Source: Arcobacteraceae bacterium (lineage in GTDB: Bacteria > Campylobacterota > Campylobacteria > Campylobacterales > Arcobacteraceae). Taken from it: DNA of 64,000 bases. How positions within the stretch are numbered: the stretch's first letter is position 1; every line of letters starts with the position of its first letter. Of the stretch, positions 1 to 8,598 are shown one piece after another. The translations under genes were made by a program, and so were the position numbers. Under the pieces are notes generated by a model, which was given only the letters and a program-made list of their open reading frames with translations, had not been told where the DNA came from and made no database searches. The DNA lies in contig OY759974.1 in the NCBI GenBank assembly GCA_963662945.1, forward strand, positions 1,216,001-1,280,000, given 5' to 3'.

Positions 1-586
1 CATGTTGTTTAAAAAAATCTTCCAGCATAATACTATTTTTTGTTGTTTCTACTCTCTCTTTTATTCTATTTTCTAAAAGCGATAGTTTGCTTCTTAATCT
101 ATTTGCATTTGGTGAGTTTTCATCAAAATTATGTTTTACTATATTCAATTTTTGCGCTAAATCAATCTTAAAAAACTGATCTTGTAAATATTCAAGATGA
201 TCACTATATTCTTTTATTTCTGGGAGCGTTAATTCTAAAGAACCAACTTCAAGAAGTTTTAAAAATGAACTACTTAAACTTACAGCTGTATTGATAAGTT
301 CTAATTGTGAAAGCTCACTTATCTTTGTAGTGATAAAATTACTTTGTGTAATCCAACCTAACTCCAGCAAGTTTTTAATCAAATAAATATGTTCTATATG
401 TTCTAATTTCTTTATATCATAAAATTCACCCAAAATATCTACCACAAGAAGATTGTCATTTCCTATAATATACTGTCGTGTAAGATATTGTAATACTCTC
501 ACTTCATCTTCATTACATTTTAAATGTGCATATATATCTAATTTACTTATATCTTGTGATTCCACAAATAATTTAACATTTTTCAA
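1..586 (-). CDS. 5' part of a gene running off the window edge, probably a Campylobacterota AAA-family ATPase (N-terminal region only)
   Basis: Not in the ORF track. TTG at 586 overlaps the ribF stop and the frame is open to base 1 (MKNVKLFVESQDISKLDIYAHLKC...EYSDHLEYLQDQFFKIDLAQKL...). The family guess is from recall; no Walker motifs lie in the window. Confidence 0.5.
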   Translation of the reverse strand, partial: MKNVKLFVESQDISKLDIYAHLKCNEDEVRVLQYLTRQYIIGNDNLLVVDILGEFYDIKKLEHIEHIYLIKNLLELGWITQSNFITTKISELSQLELINTAVSLSSSFLKLLEVGSLELTLPEIKEYSDHLEYLQDQFFKIDLAQKLNIVKHNFDENSPNANRLRSKLSLLENRIKERVETTKNSIMLEDFFKQH

Positions 587-1410
587 TTTATTTCTCTCTT
601 TTCAAACCAGTTTTTTGTTTGTTCTATATCTTTTAAAATTTGTTCTTTTAACTCTTCATATTCTTCAAATTTTTTATTATCTCGCAATTTTTCAAAAAAT
701 CTTATCTCTATAATTTTAGGAACTTCTAATAAAGAAATATCTTCTAAAATATGTGTTTCTACAGCAAATTTACCATCTGTTGATACCCTATGTCCAATAA
801 ATGAAACCGATTCATAGGTTTTTTCATATAAAACCGTTTGAGTAACATAAATACCCTCTTTTGGTATCAAAAAATCTTCTACATCAATATTAATCGTTGG
901 AACAAATTGTTTTGAACCTAACCCTTGACCAGCAATACGATGCCCTTGCAAACTATAATTATAACCTAAAAGTTGATTTGCAATTAGCATATTTCCATCT
1001 CGTAAATATTCTCTAATTACTCTTGAATGTATTGCTATATTTGATACTTTATATTCATCTACGACAACCACTTCTCCATGAAACATCTCTTTTAAATTTT
1101 CTATACCACATTTTGCCATATGACCAAAATGAAAGTCATACCCTACAACTATTTTTTTTAAATTAGGAAATTCTTCATAAAGAAGATGAATAAACTCCTC
1201 ACCACTTAAATGTTTAATATTTTCTAGTTCATAATAAAAAAGAGGATAAGAAGTATGCTTTGCTCTATTAGTACTAGGAGATAAATTAGCATATTGGGTA
1301 GATATCACTACAATCGCACCATTTTTATCAAGCTTTGAAAAAAGTTGCTGATGTGCTAAATGCATACCATCAAATCCACCTATTGCGATACTTGTAATTT
1401 GATTTTTTAT
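583..1410 (-). CDS. ribF: Bifunctional riboflavin kinase/FAD synthetase
   Basis: IAIGGFDGMHLAH, VVGYDFHFG, PTINI and VETHIL motifs. The conserved N-terminus extends above the track's ATG (1365); proposed start is ATA at 1410 after AAGGA. Confidence 0.93.
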   Translation of the reverse strand: MKNQITSIAIGGFDGMHLAHQQLFSKLDKNGAIVVISTQYANLSPSTNRAKHTSYPLFYYELENIKHLSGEEFIHLLYEEFPNLKKIVVGYDFHFGHMAKCGIENLKEMFHGEVVVVDEYKVSNIAIHSRVIREYLRDGNMLIANQLLGYNYSLQGHRIAGQGLGSKQFVPTINIDVEDFLIPKEGIYVTQTVLYEKTYESVSFIGHRVSTDGKFAVETHILEDISLLEVPKIIEIRFFEKLRDNKKFEEYEELKEQILKDIEQTKNWFEKREIN

Positions 1411-1445
1411 AGAAATTCCTTTTAAAATCTGAGTTAAAAATTTAA

Positions 1446-1462
1446 TTAGGTATAATACCTAA
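1446..1462. promoter_or_regulatory. Palindromic divergent -10 region between ribF and rlmH
   Basis: TTAGGTAT-A-ATACCTAA perfect inverted repeat containing TATAAT (+) and TATTAT (-). Confidence 0.55.
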
Positions 1463-1482
1463 AAATCATTAAGGAACTTATT

Positions 1483-1947
1483 ATTAACTGTAAAATAAAT
1501 ATATATCAAATTGTCAAAAAATCTAATGATGATTTTGAGCCAATTATTAATGAATTTATCAAAATGTCTAGTCGATTTGCCAAGATAGAAGTACATAGTT
1601 TATTCAATAAACAAATCTCAAAAGCACAAACCATTGGTGAAACAGAATCACAAAAAGCATACAATGAATTGTATATTCCAAAACTCTCTAGTGGATATAA
1701 TATTGCTTTAGATGTATTAGGAAAACAAATAGATAGTTTTGAATTTAGTACTCTTTTGGAAGATAAAACCACTATCAATTTTTTCATAGGTGGAGCATAT
1801 GGTTTTGACCGTGATTTTTTAAAAAAATGCGATAAAACCTTATCCTTAAGTCAACTAACAATGGCTCATAAAGTTGCTAACTTAGTTTTATGTGAACAAG
1901 TATTTAGATCACTTTGTATTCTCAACAATCATCCTTATCATAAATAA
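1483..1947 (+). CDS. rlmH: 23S rRNA (pseudouridine1915-N3)-methyltransferase
   Basis: FFIGGAYG, LSLSQLTMAH, EQVFR and HPYHK SPOUT motifs. The frame is open upstream of the track's ATG; proposed start is ATT at 1483 after AAGGA, giving 154 aa. Confidence 0.92.
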   Translation: MNCKINIYQIVKKSNDDFEPIINEFIKMSSRFAKIEVHSLFNKQISKAQTIGETESQKAYNELYIPKLSSGYNIALDVLGKQIDSFEFSTLLEDKTTINFFIGGAYGFDRDFLKKCDKTLSLSQLTMAHKVANLVLCEQVFRSLCILNNHPYHK

Positions 1948-2002
1948 TTTTAGGATAATTTAGTAAAGTTTTAGTATAATCCCACAACATTATAAAAATA
2001 GG

Positions 2003-2368
2003 ATGAGAAAAGTGGCTTCGCATAAACAAATTGAAGAATTAAAAGAGATGTTACTTCAAAGAAAGAACATCATTCAAAGTAATATAGATGACAGTATGGA
2101 TAACATATCAAAACTACATGATTGTGATTGTAAAGATGATCTAGATTTTGCAGAAGCAAGTAGTGATAGCTTTACTTCTGGTATAATAATAAATCAACAA
2201 AAACAAGAGCTTAAAGAGATTAATGAAGCTTTAAAAAATATTGAGAATAATACTTATGGTATTTGTGAGATGTGTGACGAGATGATTTCTATAGGAAGAC
2301 TAAAAGCAAAACCTTTCGCAAAATTTTGTACAGATTGTAGAGAGATACACGAAAACAACAATCAATAA
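2003..2368 (+). CDS. dksA: RNA polymerase-binding factor DksA (C4 zinc finger)
   Basis: Coiled coil followed by YGICEMC...RLKAKPFAKFCTDC. Confidence 0.9.
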   Translation: MRKVASHKQIEELKEMLLQRKNIIQSNIDDSMDNISKLHDCDCKDDLDFAEASSDSFTSGIIINQQKQELKEINEALKNIENNTYGICEMCDEMISIGRLKAKPFAKFCTDCREIHENNNQ

Positions 2369-2385
2369 CATAAAAAGGGGATACA

Positions 2386-3405
2386 ATGGGATTAAAAAAA
2401 TATATATTAGGTTCAGTTATTTTAGTATTAGCAGTTTTTGCTTATACTTTTAGTATAGAATCAGGTGATTATAGAGTTGAATTATTTGACTATGTTTTAA
2501 TCCTCCCAATAGCTGCTTGGATCGTTATTCCAACATTAGTATTATTTGTTCTTTCAGTATTACATATACTTTTTTATGGTGCTAAAAACTATTTTACTAT
2601 CAAAGCTATAACAAAAGATACAGAATCCCTTACAGCCCTTATCAATAAAAAACTTTTAAATGAACCTACGAAATTAAACTTTCAAAATCAAAACTTTAAA
2701 GAAATTGGTTCTATTGTAGAACAACTTGATATTGATATTACAAATAGTAATTTTAGTTGTGAAAATAAAGATATAAATAAAACTGTAGATCAAATTTTTA
2801 ATATTAAATCAGGAAAATATATCTCTACAAAAGAGCTTAAACTAGATAATCACAATCCTTTAATGATAGAGAATTTTAAAAATAGAATTGAACAAGATGT
2901 TGAATTTGCCCTTGAAGTAGTTCAAAAATCAGGAAATTATCCACAAGCTATTTTAAAACCTGCATTTTTAAAAGTATTAGCAAATAAAAGTATGACAACA
3001 ATTAAAAAACTTTTAGAAAGTGTTAGTTTTGATGAAGAGATGGTTATCGCACTTCTTAAAAAGGATGGTGAACAAGATAACCAATTTGCTATGACTAATG
3101 AACAAATCCTTAATATTATTAAAAAAGTAAAATTATCAAATACGCAACTAATCCAAATAGCAAAAAATTATAAAGTTTTAATGTCTCCAGACCAAATTAT
3201 TAAACTTTATGAAGATTTAACTGTAGAAAATGAAGAGTACACATTTGCATACCTTTATATCTTAGCAGAATATGAAATGGTTGATAAAATGAGAGATATC
3301 TTAGATAATAGTTCTCCAACAGAATTTATACCTTTTAAAGCTTTAGTTGATTTAAAAGATAGTGGGAAGAACACTTATTCTTTAGATTCTATTTGTTACA
3401 AATAA
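2386..3405 (+). CDS. Conserved membrane-anchored hypothetical protein (2 N-terminal TM segments)
   Basis: 339-aa ORF with RBS, hydrophobic N-terminus, between dksA and dusB. Confidence 0.75.
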   Translation: MGLKKYILGSVILVLAVFAYTFSIESGDYRVELFDYVLILPIAAWIVIPTLVLFVLSVLHILFYGAKNYFTIKAITKDTESLTALINKKLLNEPTKLNFQNQNFKEIGSIVEQLDIDITNSNFSCENKDINKTVDQIFNIKSGKYISTKELKLDNHNPLMIENFKNRIEQDVEFALEVVQKSGNYPQAILKPAFLKVLANKSMTTIKKLLESVSFDEEMVIALLKKDGEQDNQFAMTNEQILNIIKKVKLSNTQLIQIAKNYKVLMSPDQIIKLYEDLTVENEEYTFAYLYILAEYEMVDKMRDILDNSSPTEFIPFKALVDLKDSGKNTYSLDSICYK

Positions 3406-3421
3406 ACTCTCATCCTCAAAT

Positions 3422-4357
3422 ATGGATAACAAACTTATAGACTTCTCAAAACCTGTAATAGCATTGGCACCGCTTGCAGGTTACACTGATTTACCTTTTC
3501 GATCTGTTGTAAAAAACTTTGGTGTTGATTATACTGTTAGTGAAATGATAAGCTCTAATGCACTTGCATACAACAGTGAAAAAACATACAAAATGATTAC
3601 AAAATCTAGTAATGAAGACCCTTATTTTGTGCAACTTGCAGGTAGCAAACCAGATATTATGCAAATTGCAGTTGAAAAACTCAATGAAATAGAAGGTATT
3701 GCTGGTATCGATTTAAATTGTGGTTGCCCTGCACCAAAAGTATTTAATCATGGAAGTGGTTCAAATCTTTTAGGCGATCTTCCAAGATTACAACTTATGT
3801 TAAAAACTATTAAAAAGTATTCGAATAAACAATACACAACAGCAAAAATAAGAATAGGTGTCGATGAAAAGATACCTGTAGATATAGCACGTGCTGTTGA
3901 AGATTGTGGTGTAGATTTTATTGCTGTTCATGGAAGAACAAAAAAAGGAGCCTATAAAGCACCTGTTGATTATGATGCAATTGCTGCTATAAAAGAGGCT
4001 GTAAAAATACCTGTGATTGCCAATGGAGATATTACAGATTTAGCAAAAGCACAATATGTTCTAAATCATACAAAAGCTGATGGGATCATGATTGGACGAG
4101 GTGCCGTTGGAAAACCTTGGATATTTCATCAAATAGCTTCTAATAATGAACTTATCTCAAATGAACTTAAAAAAGAAATTATTCTAGAACATTTTCATAA
4201 AATGATTGAACATTATCACGAATATGGTGTTGTGATGTTCCGAAAACATCTTCATACTTATTCAAAAGGTTATGATGGTGCGAATAACTTTAGAGAAACG
4301 ATTAATAAAATTACATCTAGTGAAGAGATGCAAAAAGTTATAAAAGAGTTTTTTTAA
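3422..4357 (+). CDS. dusB: tRNA-dihydrouridine synthase
   Basis: LAPLAGYTD, DLNCGCP, VHGRT, ANGDI and MIGRG motifs. Confidence 0.92.
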   Translation: MDNKLIDFSKPVIALAPLAGYTDLPFRSVVKNFGVDYTVSEMISSNALAYNSEKTYKMITKSSNEDPYFVQLAGSKPDIMQIAVEKLNEIEGIAGIDLNCGCPAPKVFNHGSGSNLLGDLPRLQLMLKTIKKYSNKQYTTAKIRIGVDEKIPVDIARAVEDCGVDFIAVHGRTKKGAYKAPVDYDAIAAIKEAVKIPVIANGDITDLAKAQYVLNHTKADGIMIGRGAVGKPWIFHQIASNNELISNELKKEIILEHFHKMIEHYHEYGVVMFRKHLHTYSKGYDGANNFRETINKITSSEEMQKVIKEFF

Positions 4358-4743
4358 TTTTTTTGTTCTAAATAAGATATCATAGCTTTTAATAGCTCTT
4401 CAATATCTAAAGGTTTTAAAATATATCGATATATTCCTATCTCATCAGCTCTTAAAAATGATTCATAATCAGCATCTGCTGTCATAAGTATTGATGGTGT
4501 TTCTTCTTTAATAGCTTTTATTTTTGCTACCATATCTAATCCATCCATATGAGACATTTTTAAATCAGTAATTACAAAATCAATATGTTGATTTGATTGA
4601 AATGTTTCTAATCCTTTTTCACCATTTTTACATACTAAAACTGTATTAAATACTTTTTTTAGTACTGGTTCAATTGAACTTACTATTAATTCATCATCTT
4701 CAACAAATAATATGTTTTTATCTTTTAATATATCTATATTCAA
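4354..4743 (-). CDS. Single-domain response regulator receiver protein
   Basis: FVEDD, ITDLKM (phospho-Asp), MTA and YILKP; TTG start. Confidence 0.88.
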   Translation of the reverse strand: MNIDILKDKNILFVEDDELIVSSIEPVLKKVFNTVLVCKNGEKGLETFQSNQHIDFVITDLKMSHMDGLDMVAKIKAIKEETPSILMTADADYESFLRADEIGIYRYILKPLDIEELLKAMISYLEQKN

Positions 4744-4753
4744 ATTTTTACCT

Positions 4754-4790
4754 AAAAAAAAGGCTAAGTGGCTTACACCACTTAGCCTTT
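4754..4790 (-). terminator. Intrinsic terminator of atpE
   Basis: AAAGGCTAAGTGG/CCACTTAGCCTTT stem with a U-tract on the minus strand. Confidence 0.8.
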
Positions 4791-4808
4791 CTTAATCACT
4801 AGATATGA

Positions 4809-5123
4809 TTACCCTAAAAATGGGTTAGCATATAATGCAATTAAAGCAATTACAAGTGTATAAATAACTTGTGCTTCGATCATCGCTAAAGCAATGAACA
4901 TAGTAGTCATAAGTTTTCCACCCATACCTGGATTTCTAGCTGTACCAGCAATAGTTGCAGCAGCAGTATTACCCATACCAACAGCTCCACCAAGAGCAGC
5001 AAGACCAAGACCAACACCAGCAGCAAGTACTGAGTAAGCTTTTAAAGTTTCGTTAGCAACATTTGCATCAGAAGCAAAAGCAGCAGTTGCAATAGCAACC
5101 ATTAAGAATAGAATTTTTTTCAT
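4809..5123 (-). CDS. atpE: F0F1 ATP synthase subunit c
   Basis: GxGxGxG-type helix, ARNP loop, MIEAQVIY; N-terminal extension typical of Campylobacterota. Confidence 0.96.
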   Translation of the reverse strand: MKKILFLMVAIATAAFASDANVANETLKAYSVLAAGVGLGLAALGGAVGMGNTAAATIAGTARNPGMGGKLMTTMFIALAMIEAQVIYTLVIALIALYANPFLG

Positions 5124-5270
5124 CTATTTTTCCTTTTATAATATTTTATTGTACTAAAAGTCTGTTCGGCTAGCGTAACCATATCTAAATAAGATATAGC
5201 AATATAAACATAAATGCCCATATTTCCCTACTAAATACTCTTAAGTGGTGCAATTATATAGAAAACTTCA

Positions 5271-6152
5271 TTAAATTTCCAAATTATCTTCTAGGATATA
5301 CTCTAATTCTTTCATATAATTATCAAATTGAATGTTTTTTACAACTTGATAATTCTCTTTTTGTATTTTTTTTAGTTCCTCTTTATTTCCAAGCAGTGCA
5401 TCAACTTTAAAAGAGATACTTTTATCATTTTGACCTAAAATCAATGAAAATGAATCTATTATTTCCGATGCTGCATTTTCTCTGTTTACAAATACTGCAT
5501 TTTTAAAATACATTGCTTTTAAAACATTTGGTGCAAAAAGTTTTTGTTTTGTTGGAAGTATAAAAATATCTGCGGCAATAAAAAGTTCATCAGCATTTGA
5601 ATAGTTTTCTAAAATAATTGTTTTTTCATTTAATGTATAATGAGTTAATCTCTCTACTACTCTGTCTTTTATACCACTATTTACATCAATAAGAATTTTA
5701 AAATTCTTTCTTTCCAAATCATTGATTATTTCTAAAAATTTCTCAAATCCATTTGAAAACAAATCTTTTCCGGTAAAAAAGATTATTCTTTCCTCTTTTT
5801 CTATTTGGTATTTTTTCCGAAAATCTTTTTTGATTTGTTTGTCATATTCTTGTTTATGCGTTATATATGGGTATAAAACAAAAATCTTATTTTCATTTAT
5901 ATATGTTCTTTTTATAAATATTTGTTCTTTTAAAGCATTTGAATTTACAATCGTCACTTTAGAATGTTCTACCATATCCAAAGCTTTAGTACTCACTGAA
6001 CCTTGATGAAAATATATATCTGGATATTTTTTATCTTTAAGAAGAAGTTTTTCAAAAAAAGTTTGTTCTTGATAATATGTCACATCAAACTTTTGTTCTA
6101 ATTCTTTTGTTACTTTTGTTTTGGTATTAATTGCAATATGTAGTTTTTTCAT
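5271..6152 (-). CDS. Glycosyltransferase, GT-B/GT4-like
   Basis: IIFFTG, ADIFILPT, FAPNVLKAM (variant of the E-x7-E region). Confidence 0.7.
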   Translation of the reverse strand: MKKLHIAINTKTKVTKELEQKFDVTYYQEQTFFEKLLLKDKKYPDIYFHQGSVSTKALDMVEHSKVTIVNSNALKEQIFIKRTYINENKIFVLYPYITHKQEYDKQIKKDFRKKYQIEKEERIIFFTGKDLFSNGFEKFLEIINDLERKNFKILIDVNSGIKDRVVERLTHYTLNEKTIILENYSNADELFIAADIFILPTKQKLFAPNVLKAMYFKNAVFVNRENAASEIIDSFSLILGQNDKSISFKVDALLGNKEELKKIQKENYQVVKNIQFDNYMKELEYILEDNLEI

Positions 6153-6186
6153 TTCGCAATTATACCAAATAAAGTGAAAATATAAA

Positions 6187-6573
6187 TTATGCTTTTAAAG
6201 CTTTTGCCCAATTCTCCATAACTTTATGTAATTCTTCTTTTGGAGCTTCTAAAAACTCTATTACAAACTTATCCTCAAATTCACATATTCCAATACTTCT
6301 AGGACGAGCTGCCAACATTTTTGTATTTGGTATAGCAGCACCAAAACAAAATACAACATTTTGAGCATCAATTAATCCATCCATAATCTCTCCACCTAAA
6401 TTTTTCGTATGTGTGTAGTGATCAAAAATAGCTATAAAAGTAGCTATTGGATGATTTTCTATTTTTTCTTTAAAATATGTAACTACTTCTTGTGTTGTTT
6501 TTTCATTCATTTCACTTTTTAATAACTCTAAGCTATATACTGGATATTTGTCCATAAATACTGTTTTTTTCAT
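6187..6573 (-). CDS. Conserved hypothetical protein (possibly DUF302-like fold)
   Basis: 128-aa ORF with RBS; FDHY..., VFCFG and RPRSIGICE segments. Confidence 0.7.
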   Translation of the reverse strand: MKKTVFMDKYPVYSLELLKSEMNEKTTQEVVTYFKEKIENHPIATFIAIFDHYTHTKNLGGEIMDGLIDAQNVVFCFGAAIPNTKMLAARPRSIGICEFEDKFVIEFLEAPKEELHKVMENWAKALKA

Positions 6574-7140
6574 CTATTTTTCCTTTTCTTTATATGTTAT
6601 AAATGATTCTATAGCACACGCTAAAGCATTTTCTATATCTTTACCTTCATGATCCATAAAATCTATTTGTACTTGATATACTATTTTATTATTCTGATTT
6701 TTAAATTTCATAACTACATATCCACGAAATAACTTACAACTGTCTGTTTTTTTCTTTGGATCTTCTTTGTCATTTTCGTATACTTTATAGTCAACATACA
6801 CAATTTGATTTGCTTGTTTTATCTCTTTGCTGTCTTTTAAAATAATCGATGCTAGTTTTCTATCAAGTTGTTTCATATCTACAAAATCAAACAATGTTGA
6901 TTGCATAAAAGTAGCTTTATCAATGCCAGAGCTTATTTTATAATTTCCACTTAAAAGAAGTTCTTGTGCATTTTTGAGGTCATTTATTCCATAACTTCTC
7001 TCGAAGGTAGTTGCATGCTTATGACACTCTAATCTTTTTGCTTTCCCAGGTACTTTATCTTTTGTTATTTGAGTATATATACTATTCCCAAGAAGTCCAA
7101 CGATAACTAGTACAATGAAAGTAATAATATATTTTTTCAA
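6574..7140 (-). CDS. Hypothetical exported or membrane-anchored protein
   Basis: N-terminal hydrophobic helix; TTG at 7140 after AGGA preferred over the overlapping ATG at 7158. Confidence 0.7.
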   Translation of the reverse strand: MKKYIITFIVLVIVGLLGNSIYTQITKDKVPGKAKRLECHKHATTFERSYGINDLKNAQELLLSGNYKISSGIDKATFMQSTLFDFVDMKQLDRKLASIILKDSKEIKQANQIVYVDYKVYENDKEDPKKKTDSCKLFRGYVVMKFKNQNNKIVYQVQIDFMDHEGKDIENALACAIESFITYKEKEK

Positions 7141-7142
7141 TA

Positions 7143-8105
7143 CTATTCCTGAATACATATTTCATATTTTGTCATATGTAAAATTGTTTGATATATTACA
7201 ATCATTATAATAATTGTAGTTACAGCTATCATCACATACGAAAGAAGAAGTAAAGCAAAATCATTTAGTTGATGATACATAAGCATTGAACTTATAGCCA
7301 TCGCTGCAACTGGAAATACAAAAGCCCACCAAGAGATGAAAAATTGTATTTTTAAGAAACTTTTATACATAAAAGCTACTAAAAAAGTAAAAAATAATGC
7401 AAGATTAAACAACATCATAGCAAAAGTATCAATAACACCAAAAAGTTTAAAATACGCTATAAATCCAACAGCTGGAGGCGCAATCAAAATAAACATTGTT
7501 GGCATAAATTTGACTGCTAATTGATGATGAAAAATAATTCTATTTAAAATAAGTGAAAATAAAATTATCCAGAAAAATATTCCAACACTAAAGAAATACA
7601 TTAAAACACCATTTGAAGCAAATCCTATACCACCAACTGGTATTAAAACATTTCCAACTATTGGTATAAACCAAGCAGGATTAGAATGTGATAACTCTTG
7701 ATTGTCTTTTATCCAAAAAGCAATTGTATGCATTGTTAAATAAAAATGTAATGCAGTACCAGGATACCAAAATATTGCACTTACTGTTGGATAAGCTTCT
7801 TTATAAATAATTGCTAACATAAGCATCGATATTGATATTGCAGCAAAAAAATTAATTCTAACAGGATGACTAAATTCATTTTTTACAGCACTTGAATAAG
7901 TAAAAAACTTCATAAGATATGTTGCACTCACACCTAAAAAAATAAGTGTAGTTACATACATAAGAGTATTCCCTATAAAATGAGGAAAATGCAACCATAC
8001 TGCTGCTTTTTGATAAGTAATTGTAAGACCACTCATCCCCATTACAATGGCGTACATCATAACAGGGAAAAATTTAAGCCTATTTTTTTCTTGTATAGCT
8101 TCCAA
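7143..8105 (-). CDS. SLAC1/TehA (TDT) family anion channel
   Basis: About 10 TM helices; NPAWFIPIVG, PTMFILIAPP and SWWAFVFP motifs. Confidence 0.88.
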   Translation of the reverse strand: MEAIQEKNRLKFFPVMMYAIVMGMSGLTITYQKAAVWLHFPHFIGNTLMYVTTLIFLGVSATYLMKFFTYSSAVKNEFSHPVRINFFAAISISMLMLAIIYKEAYPTVSAIFWYPGTALHFYLTMHTIAFWIKDNQELSHSNPAWFIPIVGNVLIPVGGIGFASNGVLMYFFSVGIFFWIILFSLILNRIIFHHQLAVKFMPTMFILIAPPAVGFIAYFKLFGVIDTFAMMLFNLALFFTFLVAFMYKSFLKIQFFISWWAFVFPVAAMAISSMLMYHQLNDFALLLLSYVMIAVTTIIIMIVIYQTILHMTKYEICIQE

Positions 8106-8194
8106 AAAAATCCTTTTTTTATATAACCTATAATTATAATATATATAAGTTATAATTTTTTCAGGATTTTATCATTTTTATGAACAAATGTCAA

Positions 8195-8398
8195 TTAAAA
8201 GTTTTTAGTAGTATTTATTCCTGGTTTTTCTGGACTACCTACATAATCATTATTTGTATTATAGTTATACTTTATTGCTGCCAAAATTGCACCTACAACT
8301 AAACATATAATAATTACATTTCTTACAGTTTTTCTTTTTTGTGGTGATTCATTATCATTATAATCTTCAATATCTTCTAATGTTGGTTCATTTTTCAT
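8195..8398 (-). CDS. Small single-TM hypothetical protein
   Basis: 67 aa with AAGG RBS and a central hydrophobic helix. Confidence 0.7.
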   Translation of the reverse strand: MKNEPTLEDIEDYNDNESPQKRKTVRNVIIICLVVGAILAAIKYNYNTNNDYVGSPEKPGINTTKNF

Positions 8399-8431
8399 GT
8401 GATTTGCCTTTGTGTTGTTAAATAATAAAGT

Positions 8432-8518
8432 AAAAAAAAGCTAGAAGTGTGTCGCTTCTAGCTCTTTGACGAAATCCAAGTTATGCTTTGGACTTTAAAA
8501 GGAGAGTGTATGAACACT
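8432..8518 (-). ncRNA. Candidate small RNA with anti-SD tract
   Basis: -10 TATACT at 8529-8524, two hairpins flanking CUCCUUUU, then a terminator hairpin plus U-tract; GC-richer than the flanks. Confidence 0.6.
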
Positions 8519-8598
8519 GTGAAAGTATATTAAGTTTGGTTTAAACAACTCTTAAATTATATTTGTAACTTATGTTTATTATAATATATTATTAAAAT

